DNA from: Hydrolagus colliei
Lineage: Eukaryota
Assembly (NCBI GenBank): GCA_035084275.1
Contig: CM068750.1
Coordinates: 10,602,001 to 10,666,000, forward strand
Direction: 5' to 3'
Length of the DNA stretch: 64,000 bases
Shown here: positions 1 to 12,778 of the stretch, one piece after another
How the letters are laid out: every line of letters begins with the position of its first letter
Numbering within the stretch: position 1 is the stretch's first letter
Program-made: the position numbers and the translations under genes
Notes under the pieces: generated by a model
The model's input: only the letters and a program-made list of their open reading frames with translations
What the model was told of the DNA's origin: nothing
Database searches by the model: none

Positions 1-334
1 TTCTAAAAGGTTGTCTAATCAGCCTTTCAGTAAACTTGGATTACAGCGCACATCTACTTAATATGCATTAAGTTACAGCAATAACAAAAAAAACTTGGGA
101 ACTTCTGCTTAAATTAAACACATTATAATTGCTTTTTGTTGATGAATACTGAATTAATTGCTCTACACTCCATGCATCACCCCTGGATTTAATGCCATAA
201 ACTAAGCAATCTCAGATGTAACCAATTCACATTAAGTCCAAGGCATCTATTTTCGTATGTGTTCTGCATTTTGATAAAAAATAGGCGGATCGCTGCTCTT
301 TCTCATGGGTCACTCGTACCGTAAATGAATAATA

Positions 335-575
335 TGATAGTAATCCTTGTATTTGATATTGCATCTCATCATCATTGTCAAAACATCTCAAAGTGCTTCA
401 CAAGTTTCACTGTAACGTGTAACGATTGTGTATTTGTAGGCGAATGTGACAGCCAATTTGCACGTAGTAATGTTCCACAAAAGCCAAGACCAATTTTATC
501 TGGAGGACTGTTAGCCAGTGTTGCAGCGCTGTCCTTTGGATGAGATATAGTGTGCCCACATCAGTTTATTAAAAC
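335..575 (-). mobile_element. Decayed SINE 3' half (Deu-domain/SacSINE1-like) with L2-type tail
   Basis: Plus strand shows aatccttgtatttgatat...catctcaaagtgcttcaca...tatttgtaggcgaatgtgacagccaatttgcac, the reverse complement of the SINE 3' region seen on + at 43100-43240 and 35260-35400. Confidence 0.75.
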
Positions 576-649
576 GTCAGTCTAGACTATGTATTCAAAG
601 TCCTAACAAATAGAATAAAAGTCCTTTCCCTCAAAGTTGAGGGGGCTAA

Positions 650-960
650 AGTAAAATGGGTTTCAACAGCCTCATCTCAATTACGATTGGGTGTAAGTTC
701 TCTTCTGAAGGTGCCCATGAATTCCCAGTAGATGGGCAGTCTCCTTCACAAAGGGCTTGATTGTTGGTGTGATAAATTGAAATTGCACTTGGGAGTGCTC
801 TACTGCAGATGAGGTTGAGGCATGTTTTTGAGGCAGAGTAATGGGTGCGCTTCACTCTGTATCTGGTGAGCGCTATTTCTGACCCGAGAGTGCATTGCTA
901 AAAGTAGAATAGTGTTCAATTCTCTGGTGCTGACACCTCTAACCTTGATGAGCAAAGCGG
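650..960 (+). mobile_element. LF-SINE-like ancient SINE relic
   Basis: Segments such as gaggttgaggcatgttttt...gcgcttcactctgtatctgg...gctatttctgacccgagagtgc resemble the LF-SINE 3' half as I recall it; not database-verified. Confidence 0.45.
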
Positions 961-2174
961 GGGACAAAATGAAAATGGAAAAGGTTGCAATCATAAATGT
1001 GAAAGCAAAGAATGTAATGAATCCTGAAATACTCAAAAGACATAGAATCATATCCGAGTGTGCAGGGTTGGTTGATGGACTGCCCTCATGTTCCATTTCC
1101 CTGGCAGTCATATTTTCCATGAGTAATGTCACTGTACTGCCTGCATTTCATGACCAGCTTCTATAATTTTCAATGCCAGTGGTTTCTCACAAAAACAGTA
1201 CTACAGTACTTACATTTATTATTCCCTGGTAGATACGGCTGCAGCACTGACCCCTGTTCTCTGAGCTTTCCAGTGCACCTGCTCAGATAGATAAAGCTGC
1301 TCACTTTCCGAGAGGCTTATATTGAGGGCAAGAAGTGCTTCCCTTTAATTTCCCCTCTCCCCTTTAATTCATCGCTGTGTGACACCATTCCCTAGCTATG
1401 AATGCATGCAAGATGTCCTTCCCTCGCCTCTGCCAATGCTACCTTTGTGCTGAATGGTAATAAGTGACTCATATGCTGATCATCACCAGCCTTCTTGTGG
1501 CTAGATCAGATTCTCAACTCACTCAAGCCTTCACTTTACAGAAAACTTGAGATCAGGAACTTTCTGCGTAGGCAATGCCTGGTACAAAATCCTCTTCCTG
1601 TGACTGACTGAGCTATCCTTTAATGTTTCAATCTCTTTATTATTCTTAAGCCCTTATAACCTTTCTAACATTAATTGCATGCATCAATATTTCAGTGTAG
1701 CCAACATGTTATAACATAGTGATTGTGCCATTACTCTACAGTGACAGACACCATCAATCACATATTGTTTCATCCAATCTTCAACTTAGAATCAGATTTC
1801 TTTCTCGTACATGAACACATGTGACTGTAGTTCTGTCACTTATTCATGTTACGTAATGTAATATCCAGTGGGAATGTGTGTCTTGGAAGCTGCCAGCAGG
1901 TATCAAGAAAGCTAAGAAACAGTGTTTAGGTGCGTAGATTGTTCATCAAGAGCAAATAAAGGGGATTGGAAGCTAAAGTGAAAGTCGGAAAAACTTGCCA
2001 CTTGAAGTTAATGTCCATCCAATTTATTTTCTGTAGTAGGGATGTTAAATTGAGGTTTCTTTGTGGAACTTAAATATTAATCATAATGGAATCTGTCTTT
2101 GCATTCAATAAAAGCTTAATCTCACAGCTCGAACTTTATGAGAGAAACTTTTCATTGTGATGGCACAAGGTCAT

Positions 2175-2240
2175 TCATAGGAACATGAATAGGCTATTCA
2201 GCCCCTCCAGCATGTTCCGCCCTTCTATAAGATCATTAAA
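2175..2240 (-). mobile_element. CR1 LINE 3' end fragment
   Basis: cataggaacatgaataggctattcagcccctccagcatgttccgcc is the typical reverse complement of a CR1 3' terminus. Confidence 0.6.
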
Positions 2241-4124
2241 TCTTACAGAATTACAATGACATGATTCTGGGATAGAATGTAGTTCTTTACAACAGATTGT
2301 TATGTGCATGTCTTGGAATGTGTTATGATACATGTCTTGTAATATTCTGGAATAAAAAGACTGAGATACAGTTTTTCGAAGAAATTAGGCAACATGCTCC
2401 CTGAGTACTTGATTTGATTTTGTGACAGGCTATCTCTTGTATTTTGTGTTTTGTACAGATATTTCGTGTTGCATCTCTTGTATTTTGCAGCAAAAGGATT
2501 AAAATTCTATTAAGGCATACAAGTGAAACATACAATTAATGCACAAATGCAAAAGGAATTTCTTTAAATAAATTGACAATTTGTGGTGTCAGATCCATAC
2601 TTCATTGCACAATCTCTCATTAACATAATTTGAAGCTCTTTCCCAGATTAATTTTACCAAACTGTCACTTCTTGTGGGAAATAAGAAACAACCGATAGAT
2701 TGTGGAAGTCAATTTGATAGATGTCTCATTTTTCACAATGAACCGAATGAGGAAGGAATTGTTTACTGGAGCAGTTACTGTCATCTGTTTGGTTAATAAA
2801 ATATTTCAGGTACAAGCACTGCTGAGACATGTTTGCTGTAAAATTGCAGATTCCTCAGTTAGCTAGAAAACATCTCCCAGTGTACAATAGGAGGTTAGAA
2901 AGATCTCCAACATTAGCAGATTGGAGATGAGGTAACTTAACTTCACAAGAAAAATGCAGCTTGTCTCAATGTAGTTGAACACTATTGTGGATGTACTAAG
3001 ATGAAGGAGACCCCAAGGTCCCTAACAGTGGAAATGTGGATTAGTCTGGTAAATCACACAGCTTTTCAAACATCTACGTATTTGAGTTTGAAGGATGAAA
3101 AAGACCTTCAGAATCTGAGGCTAAGGGAAAGGGTCTCAGACATTTGAACTTCAGATGATGCGTCATCCTGAGAAATTAAACATATTCAATGTATACTGGA
3201 TATCAGACCGCTGATGATACATATTGACATATGATGATGTTGTATTGAAATTGAGGAAATGTTCAAAAATGTAATGAGGTTAACATCTGAGATCACAATT
3301 TGGGAAGGACTGCTTGGGAATAATTACACAAACAATGGGATTTACAGCCTCAGTTGACCTGCTGCTCCATTTAGGGAACCTGTTTATCTATTTGATAAAG
3401 CAGAACCAATATATCCATTAGGCTGTATAATGATTACCCACTACTAATGAGTTGTATTGCAATGCTGACATCAAGTCAAAGCCACAAGCAATTTGGGGTT
3501 AGTTCACATTTGTATAAGATACAACAGTTGGGAAGTGGATGGTTCTGCAGCAGGAAGCCATGGTAGATTGGCTCCCAGAAAGAGCTTGTGTCAGGTAAAA
3601 TGGGGCGCAGAGGTGTGGGGGCCACTGAGTCGTGGAGGACAGGATGGGCGCAGATTAGCATAAAACCTCTATGTGTTTAAAAACTTTGTCAACAGAGCTT
3701 TTAAACTAGGCTGTATTGAGCGGTGAGTATCAGGAGTCAATCGTGAGGGTGCTCGGGAACTATTCATTGGGGAAAATTCCCAATAACCAGTCCTCCCCTG
3801 GCAGGAGGCAGAGTGGGAAAAATAGGTTAGGATACAGGGTCAAGCTGCTGCCCATTTGAGAAATGAAATGGATGGAAGGAAAAGCAGTGCCAATACAGAT
3901 AGAGCCCTGTAGTTCCATTATACTATTACAGAATGTGTGTACATCCCTGGAGCCTGCACAAAATATAATAATATTGTAGTTTATTTTTAGCTATATATTC
4001 TTTTTTGTTTTCTGTCCCCATTTATCTATAGATATGTGCTTTGACCTTGACTTAGCAACATTAACCCTAAGTGAATAACCATAGTTATTCATATAAAAAA
4101 TGAATAATTAAGTAAATTTTGGTA

Positions 4125-4342
4125 TCGGCCCTGCCCAGTTGGTAGCACTTTCGCCTCTGGGACAGAAGGTTGTATGTTCAAGTCACGTCGGGACTTTGAA
4201 CTCAAATTGTTCACAAATTGGCTGTTGTGTTGGCCTGCAAAAATGAGCGGTCATTAAATTTCACAGCATGCCCTGTGAAGTGCTTTGAGACAACCTCCAG
4301 AAGTGAAAGGCACTATATCAAATGCAAAAATTATTATTATTT
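4125..4342 (+). mobile_element. tRNA-headed SINE, internally deleted, with L2-type tail
   Basis: Head cagttggtagcactttcgcctctgggacagaaggttgtatgttcaagtc (Pol III A/B box-like), core aaattggctg, tail gtgaagtgctttgagac...gtgaaaggcactatatcaaatgcaaaaattattattat. Confidence 0.8.
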
Positions 4343-5289
4343 TGAAAAGATCCAATAATGGACTGGGTACACTTTGCATAGAGTCTGGGTAGACATTCTT
4401 TTAGAGGATAGCAATTAGCAGATGTAAATTAGAATGCTGGGATCATTCAAGATCACTTCATTCATGACCATGAGTCACCAACTGATGTGATATAGTACTC
4501 TAATGCCACTTGGAAGCAGTGCAAATAGAGTACATAAAGTTGAAGAGCTGCCATCAAAGTACATGTAACTGAATGCAACAAGCACACTTAATGCTATCCA
4601 CGTAACTGGGAGGACTGCTTGCCTCTAAATTCCATTCAGAGTAACTTGATGCCGCTGTCAACAGTTTCAACGTGCTTACAACAACAATATGAAAAGTAGT
4701 TAAAAATAATCACATGAGTTCTCATTAACCACAAAGGACATCAATGTGTTACATGCAAATTCTCTATTACACTGAGTGCAGACTATTCATATCTGATTCC
4801 TTACATGGTCTTGATGTTCAGAAGGATTACTTGGAACAGGAATGCTAAAAACAAATGTGAATCAACATAATACCATGCCCAGTGGTAGGAAATGTGTCCA
4901 TAATGGATGGCTGTCTGCAAAGCACAGAATAACACTGAGAGTGTATATTGACCTATTATTCACAGTCAATAATTGATCAATACGCACTCACAGTTTTGGC
5001 TAATAAAATTGTGGAATGCACATTATGGATATTTAATGATATTAGCTTTTGCACTTATGCCAGATGTTTGGAAACTCCCATCTCTGTGGCTGACTTATTT
5101 TGCATATCTTCAGCTCGTGCACTGTGGTGCTGGAAAACAATCTTGCTTTGCTAATAGAACTACTCAAACATCAAGGAAGCTAAATGAATTTCAATAGCAC
5201 AATCTGAAGATGTGTCTATAATATCAAAAAATAAAGCCGGTTTCTTCTTCCAATTTCCACTATCCATTTGAAAGGTGGGATCAAACTGC

Positions 5290-5530
5290 TTTAGGAACAA
5301 CTTATCAAAGCTTAAGGCTCAATGTGGAAGACCGTGTGGAATATTGTGCACATTCCCAGGCATGTTGCCTTCAAAGGATATTGATGTCTTGGACAGGCTT
5401 CAGAGAAGAACAAGAAGGGTAATTCTGGGACTAATATCTCTTAGCTTTCACACTGACAGAAATGATCTTGTTTTCATTGGAGAGGAATGAGAAGCAAGTG
5501 ATCCCGCTGTTCCAAATGCTGAATGATGAG
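5290..5530 (+). mobile_element. CR1 LINE ORF2 C-terminal fragment (decayed)
   Basis: Translates to KDIDVLDRLQRRTRRVILGLISLSF and LFSLER, matching the CR1 motif KDIxxLERVQRRATRMIPGL..LSYEERL..LFSLE. Confidence 0.8.
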
Positions 5531-6349
5531 GGTAACTTGATCGCAATAGGATTTCAGCAATTTATTTCATATAATAATAAAAACCCTTACAGTTGGTTTC
5601 ACATTGGCAGTGGTCTCGAAGCATTTCATAGTCTCCCAATGAAAACAAGATAATTTCCGTCAATCTAAATTGCAGTGACTGTGAACAAATAAACATATTG
5701 CAAGAAATATGCTAGCTTGCATTATAAGTTTGCATTATTGCATATTATAAGTAAAATATTTCCTCTTGAATTACAGAAGTGTAGAATAATAGCCTCTGGT
5801 CGTTTTAGCACTCTGTCACATCTATCGCTTGTAGGAAAATAATTTGCAACTGGTTTCTCATCTACAAACAATGTTTGTGTACCATATCACACCACTGTTT
5901 AGTATTAACAAGAAATAATTAGTATCATGTCATTGACATAAGATTACTATTTATACATACAGATATTAAAGGATATTATGTGATCATTAGCTCAGATAAA
6001 AATTTATACAAATAGCAGCAAGCTGCACACCATCTCCACCCCCAAACTGCAGATTCTACCAATAGAGACCTCAAGGTATACTCTGGGTCAAGTACAAGTT
6101 TAAATGTGGGGATTACGACCTGGATTGCTTAAGTCTCTTTCTGAAATTTATAGAAATGCTTTTGCAGACTTTGATCAGTATTTCTAAACTTAAAATGTGG
6201 TGTCTGATCTATTCTTGTATTTGCATAGAATTTTCTTCAAAGCATTGACTTGTTAGCATTTCTGGAAATAACTTCCATATTCTCAAATTTATTGTACTGT
6301 GCTGACAGAACAAATTATTGTAGTTTCAATCTAAAATTGAAGAGATCTG

Positions 6350-7278
6350 TTCAGCCACCTCTACCCTGTCTACCACTATCCCCATTAGCTCCCTCTTATG
6401 ACCCACGCCCCCACCCATCCCGCTATACACCTTCGATCCTATCTCTCCTTCCGCCCTCACTGTTATCACCATTATCACAAAAATGAAACCCACCACCTGC
6501 TCCCTGGACCCCATCCCCACCTTTCTCCCCATCTCCCAGCTCCAACTCCTAGCCTGCCTGCTAACTGACATCATCAACCTCTCCTAATCCATTGGCACTG
6601 TTCCCAACCCTATAAAAACAACTGCCATCAACCCCATCCTGAAAAAAACCTTCCCTGGACCTCATCCCCACAGCATGGAGACAGTCCTGGTCAAAATCTC
6701 TATTGACATTTTAAACATCTGTGATCAGGGAGCTCTCTGCCTCCTCGTCCTCCTCAACCTCTCTGCCACATTCGACACTATCAACCACTCCATTCTCCTA
6801 CACCTCCTCTGCTCCCAGCTCAATCTTCATGAACCTGCCCTTGCCTGGTTAGACTCTTACCTCTCCCACCGTCTCAACTTTGTTGCCACTAATGGTTTCT
6901 CCTCCGGCCCCCGCACTGTCATCTGTGATGTCCCCATGTCTTTGTCCTTGGCCCTCTAATTTTCACACATCAGGCACTGGCAGCATCAACCTCCATGGTT
7001 GCACACTCCATCTCACCAAGCCAGTCAGGAATCTAGGTGTCTTGTTCGATCCTCAATTGTCTTTCCTCCCCCACATCCAAGCCATGACCCACTCTGCCTT
7101 CCCTTATCTCCGCAACATTACCCGACTCCACCACTACCATCGGTCACCACAAATCCCCTCCTTTCCCTCCACCCTCCCCAATCCCGACCCCACCTTGGGG
7201 CTGAAATATTGACTGTCCAGCGCCTTGGAACGTCCTCCTGATGTGAAAAGCACTATACATATGTAATTTTGTTGTGGT
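6350..7278 (+). mobile_element. L2 LINE, internally deleted RT remnant with 3' tail
   Basis: Peptides MKPTTCSLDPIPT, ETVLVKISIDILNICDQGALCLLVLLNLSATFDTINHSILL, ALAWLDSYLS and VRNLGVLFDPQLSFLPHI are L2 RT motifs; tail cagcgccttggaacgtcctcctgatgtgaaaagcactatacatatgtaattttgttgt. Confidence 0.92.
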
Positions 7279-7692
7279 ACCATTGGGAGTTAAAGGACTT
7301 GGTTCGAAATTGTTTTACAGTACTTGATATCATAAATAGGAGACATTGGAAACACTGTAGGAAGATAATACATAACAAAAACCTGATAATACATGAGCTT
7401 GTGAACATAAAAGCTTAATTCATACTGAAGCAGTATCTCACTGCAACCCAGAGGGTACACTGAGCACTTTTATATCACCAGTTAGACTGCCTCTGGCTTC
7501 CCCCTGAAGATTTTTTAAAAAATAAGAAAGCAGCAGTGTTTGTTCCTCTGTTTTCAAACTTTCATATCTGCTTTCTTATTATCTGTCTCAACAATTTTTA
7601 AAAAATGCATTTTTTTGGGGGGGTTGGGAAGAATTACAAATTGTGCCATGAAATCAGAAAGTAACACATGCCAAATCTGATCTGGTCCAGGT

Positions 7693-8462
7693 CAACAACT
7701 ATAACAACTTCAATTTATATAGCGCCCTCCACGCCGGACGGCGTCTCAGAGCGCTTCACAGTGGTGGATCCTGGGACTGAGCCAGGGACAGGGGTAGAAA
7801 CGTGACCAAAGGCACGGTTGAAGAGAAAGGTCTTTAGCTGGGATCTGAAACTGGGAAGAGAGGGGACGAGGCGAAGGGAGTGAGGAAGGCCCAGAGCCTT
7901 GGGGCATAGTGGCAGAAGGCACGGCCGCCGAGGGTGGAGCGGAGGATTCAGGAGACATGGAGGAGGCCAGACCCAGTGGAGCGAAGGCAGTGGGTGCTGG
8001 TTTGGAGGGAGAGGAGATCAGAGAGGTAGGGGGGTGCAGAGGAGTGGAGGGACTTGAAAACAAGGGTGAGGATCTTGAAGTCGATCCTCTCAGGGACAGA
8101 GAGCCAGTGAAGTCTGGCAAGGACTGGGGTAATGGGGGAGCGAAACTTGGTGCAGGTGAATATGCGGGTGGCAGAGTTTTGAATTAGCCTGGATATTGTG
8201 GATTGTGGTGGCGGGGAGACCGGCGAGAGGGCATTGCAATAGTCCAGCTGAGAGGTGACAAAAGCATGGACCAAGGTTTCAGTGGCTTTTGGGGCAAGGT
8301 ATTGCTGGAGACGGTGATCCGTCGGAGGTGGTAGAAGACGGTGCTGGTGAGGGACTGGATGTGGGGGAGGAAGGACAGTTGGGGGTTGAACCTGACGCCA
8401 AGCTTGCGCACAGTTTCGGAGAGTTTTAGGGGCAGGCCGGGAAGGTGGAGGAAGTCAGCACA
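7693..8462 (-). mobile_element. L2 LINE 3' end (young subfamily, 5'-truncated)
   Basis: Minus-strand peptides VRKLGVRFNPQLSFLPHI, VHAFVTSQLDYCNA, QNSATRI..HITPVL-like SPITPVLARLHWLSVPERIDFKILTLVFKSLH; CpG-intact tail aagcgctctgagacgccgtccggcgtggagggcgctatataaat(...gttg). Confidence 0.95.
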
Positions 8463-9649
8463 TTGGAATCTCTGGTGATGTCACATGTAACAAGCCTGTT
8501 ACAACAAAAACAGTTTGGTCAAAAGGACTGGGCAAAGGATAGAGTTGGGCTGAAAACCCTTTTTTACATTTTGAACATTTAGAAAAACCTTGAAATTTGT
8601 TGCTCGTCTGTTGCCAGTAATGCTATGTTGTAATTTTTTGCTACTTTTAAGGATTTTTTTTTAGGTCGACAGTTTTGTTATAAGTGGATCTTGTCCAACT
8701 GCAGAGACAGAGTTATTGTCTTCAGAAATTTAAATCTTGTAAGCCAACATTTTGATTGCTTTGGGGAGACCGACAAATGGTAGTGGTGCAAAAATCTTAA
8801 AAACATTTTAAAATATCACTGCAGAAATCCCTTTGTTGTGCATCCACTGTGTTCTACCGGTCTCAATAGTGTCGCTCAGCAAATAACCTAATTGTTGAAT
8901 TGTTTTAGTCTGTGTTGAGTTTTCAAAAAACACGGTAAGTGCCTGATGGAGAATTAAAACAAAACTGTAAACTGTCTGCCAGTGGATTAGTCCCAGTGAC
9001 AGACATGTTAGGAAGCTGACCTGATGAAAACAAATCTTCTTGGCTGAGACAGCGAGTGTTCTTGTGAATATAAATGTAATTTCCTCAAAACAATAAATGA
9101 TAAAAAATATTAATTGTTAGGATTTATCTAGAGATATTTATTTAGCATTCCTAGCATGGCACTTATATTAATAACAACTTTTTTTTTATCACACGTCTTG
9201 CAGTAGTACTGATCAGCTTTGAGAAATGCTTTAAGTACTGTATAATAAAGCTGTTGGAAAGTGAAACATTTTCTACTGTTAGAAGCTATTTCAAATTACT
9301 ATTAGCAGAAGAGCAGGAAGTAACATTTACAATTATCAATCAAATAGTGGTTTCACCAGGACTGAGTGAGAACAGCTAGTGGGTGCATGCAGCTCTTCCA
9401 GACACCATTGAATACTGTTTTTTTTCTTAGTATAGAGGTGGATGTATCATTAGCTCTTTAATGATTTTAAATAGCATAAGGGGCCATGTAACAGAACGGC
9501 TGAGAATTTTTGAGGACAATTCTTAGAGTAGTCACTGAATTAATTCTTACTATTTGAATTTGCATTGCAGTATATTTGTATCGAATGTAAATCACTTTCT
9601 CAAAATCATAGTTTCATTTGCAAGATCTCAAGATTAACGCAAGATTCTT

Positions 9650-9830
9650 TCAGATGAAGAAGACACTTTGGCCTATTTGATCTCATACATCCAGAACAGT
9701 CACCCTACTGTTTCCTCATCAGAGCAACAAGCTGTGTTTGTTTTAAAATGAATCCAGCAGCACGGCTTCAACCACCATTCCTGGCAACTTGTTTCAAGTG
9801 TAAAATATCCTCACATTAAAGAAATGCTTT
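9650..9830 (-). mobile_element. CR1 LINE 3' end fragment
   Basis: gaagaagacactttggcctatttgatctcat...gcttcaaccaccattcctggcaacttgtttcaag...cctcacattaaagaaatg is the reverse complement of the CR1 ORF2 end/3' UTR; homologous to + copy at 55780-55945. Confidence 0.6.
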
Positions 9831-11237
9831 TATAAATAGATTATCGTTATGATTATTATACTATTATAATTAGATTATATGCTTCTGTAGGTATACCTCA
9901 ATAAAGCTCAATTTCAAACACCTCCTTTAAAGACTGAAGAGGCCTTGCTTATCTAACTGTTGCTCCAAAAGATCCAATCCAATAAATGGCCTCCAGTGCA
10001 GTTTGCTTCCGGAGCTTAGACCTTTTTGCCGCAACATTTTTAATAAATACAATAACAAAATAACAGTTGCTATACGCTTTAGAGTAAAACCCTGTGAAAT
10101 GCTTTCAGGTATCCTCCAGACTTGAAAGGTACTATCAGTTGATAGAATTATTTTAATTTACTATAAAACCAAGCTTTAATACAATGTGATGGAAGGTATT
10201 TGTAAACTGCAGGATTGTGACTGCTGTGGTTTTGCTGAATCGTAGCATTAAAACGACCTAACATCAGCGTTTTTCTCCTCTCAATTTTCATCTTTAATTC
10301 GTCACAAACTGAATTATTCAGAAAATACTGCAGAGCAATGATTTTTCTGTTGGGAAATATTAGCTACATATTTCCTCACATGGCATGCTCCCAGTATGGT
10401 TGCAAATGGCAGGTTACATCTTCAACTTAAAAAAAATGTATTTGCATTTGAAATTTCTTAAAAATGAAAGTGCCCATCACCCCCTCCTCAAACTTGCTCC
10501 CTTAGGCTTTGAGCCATTGACTGCATTTCCATCTGATTCGCGTGCAGCTCTCTTGGCTCTGTATTGAGCAAGTTTCATCAGATTTTTATTGAGGCTGCTA
10601 GTGGTCGAATAGATAAGAATCACACCCATTATATTTCAACTGTAATGGTCAGGACTGCTGATGTTTACATTCATGTGCAAATCAGTTCTGCCATCTGGCC
10701 TTACCCAACAGCTTCCAAGACAATGAAGAACACGCCAGTGATGTGAGCCTGTGGTATTCCTAAGGTAATAAACTCGCTCTTATAAAAGCTCAGTTACATT
10801 TTCAGGATGTGATGAAAGCAGAGAAACCGGATCTGTTCGGTTGTGCCACATTCATTTTCTGTTGTCCATGTTTGTTTTCATCTTCAGCAGGCTCATTGAG
10901 CACACAGACTTAAGACATCTCCCGAATCACTTAATGCCAGGAAATCTAATTTTCTTTATTTACCATATCTTGCAGATTGTGGTTCCCCATTCCACAAGAT
11001 TGCCTATCCCTCCCCATTCTGGAACTTGCAGAGACTGATGGGTAAGAACAGATGGTATGGCTGATTTGCATATGAATGCAAACATTAGCAATCAGGTCCA
11101 CAAACTTTAAAGCATCGCCTTGGAGATAAATAACTTAGATACAAATATTTACGAACCATTTGCTTCGAGAGAATTACAGATACAAACAAAACATTATTAA
11201 AGTTATTGACCTGCACATTAGGGTTTCTGTGTAATTT

Positions 11238-11293
11238 TGAAGCGCTCTGAGACGCCATCCAGCATGGGAGGGCATTATACAAATCAAAGTTGG
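11238..11293 (+). mobile_element. Solo L2 3' tail (young type)
   Basis: tgaagcgctctgagacgccatccagcatgggagggcattatacaaatcaaagttgg matches the tail of 7693-8462 and 32499-33005. Confidence 0.8.
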
Positions 11294-11382
11294 AATTTAA
11301 TTTATTTAAACATCACTGATCTGAGAGTTGGGGAGTGCAACAACACTATGGAAAATGAGGGTTAAGTCTGAAACTCAAAATT

Positions 11383-11445
11383 AACAAAATTACATTTATA
11401 GAGCGCCTTTCACATCAGGAGGATATCCCAAGGCTCTGAACAGTT
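11383..11445 (-). mobile_element. Solo L2 3' tail (older type)
   Basis: aacaaaattacatttatagagcgcctttcacatcaggaggatatcccaaggctctgaacag; same family as tails at 7220-7278, 12707-12778, 37543-37610 and 60429-60497. Confidence 0.8.
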
Positions 11446-12706
11446 AGGTCGGGTTACCACAAAGAGTGAACAAAGATCAATTTCATTCCTGACTGTGTGC
11501 CTGTTTGATAATGTCTACACAGCAGCAAGATTGGAACTTGGAACCAGCCCTCTTTGGAAAGGATATTCCAATCTTGGTGAGTATACAGACATGCAAATAA
11601 TTGGGCACTAATGGATCTATCTATACCCACTGTTGAGTTGTTGGCATTGATTCAATGGGGGGAGGGGTTGAGTGCAATACTACAAGAAAACATCCTCTCC
11701 TCTCCAAGTAAAGATGATCTCATTATTTAACCTTCAGCGACTCAGGCTTATTTGAGATGTCAGCAGGAGACCTAGCTGGTATGATTTAGGTTACTGTTGT
11801 AAGCTGCATATGTTAGGTTCAGTTGGGGGACCATAACCTGTTGCGTTGGGTTGTGGGACAACACGGTGGCAATAAAAGATGACTTCTAAAACAATGATAT
11901 GCTTTCCAAATGTCCTGAGTACAGCTAATTGCACTCATGTGGTTCTTAAGCCAACCTGTCAATATTGAGAATTCCTTTTGAAACTGTTTGCATTCCACAC
12001 TGTGCAGTGTCCTATGATGCTTGGGGCATCAAATCATTTGCCAAAACTTATTTTAGGAGTAAAATTGCAGTCCATTTTACCACCTTACTTACCTTTGCTG
12101 ATGGTGGTGCAAAGAATTTCCCGATTTGAGATCATCCCAGCGAGGTCTTTGTTTAGATTCACCTCTGCATTTCATCAGATCTTGTACAATGTGTGATATA
12201 GCACTGATCCTGGGTGGGGAAGGTTGAACATCAACTTGTTGCAGCTGCCAGTCTCACAGATTGCATAGTATTACTCAGACTGCTCAGCACCAAAACAGAT
12301 TGATCGTCCCAGTCTGAGCCGGTGGTAATAATCCACATGCGCCTCTAGCCATCTAATCTACTCTCCTTTTCTTCCCCTTTATTCCCTACTTCTTTGTATT
12401 TCCAACTTTGATTATCTTACTTGCTTTTAAATAGTGTTCATTACTGAAATTCCTTTCCACTTAGTATTTAACAGGGATATATCCTATAACCATGTTATGC
12501 CCCACCTCAGGCTCAATGAATAGATATTAAACTAACCAAATGACAATGGACCAAGATAATAAATAATCCTTCAACCAGCAAAAAACTACAGCATCAGCAA
12601 ATTTACCAATGAGTTAACTACATCCCCACAGAACCAGTATTTGCATATCATTATGCATGGTTTAATATTTCTGTTTCAGCATTGCATGAGGATCAACACA
12701 TCGCTC

Positions 12707-12778
12707 AACAACAACAACAAACAACAACAAAATTATACTTGCATAGCGCCTTTCACGTCAGGAGGATGTCCCAAGGGT
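12707..12778 (-). mobile_element. Solo L2 3' tail with (CAA)n
   Basis: (caa)n aaattatacttgcatagcgcctttcacgtcaggaggatgtcccaaggg. Confidence 0.82.

Noticed and set aside
800-1132. 110-aa hydrophobic ORF resembling a membrane protein
   Set aside because: Hydrophobicity reflects A-rich antisense sequence; it overlaps a SINE relic and has no recognisable motif.
7746-8187. Pro/Ser-rich and Gly/Glu-rich ORFs (also 32476-33025 and 60373-60909)
   Set aside because: Alternative or antisense frames of L2 sequence.
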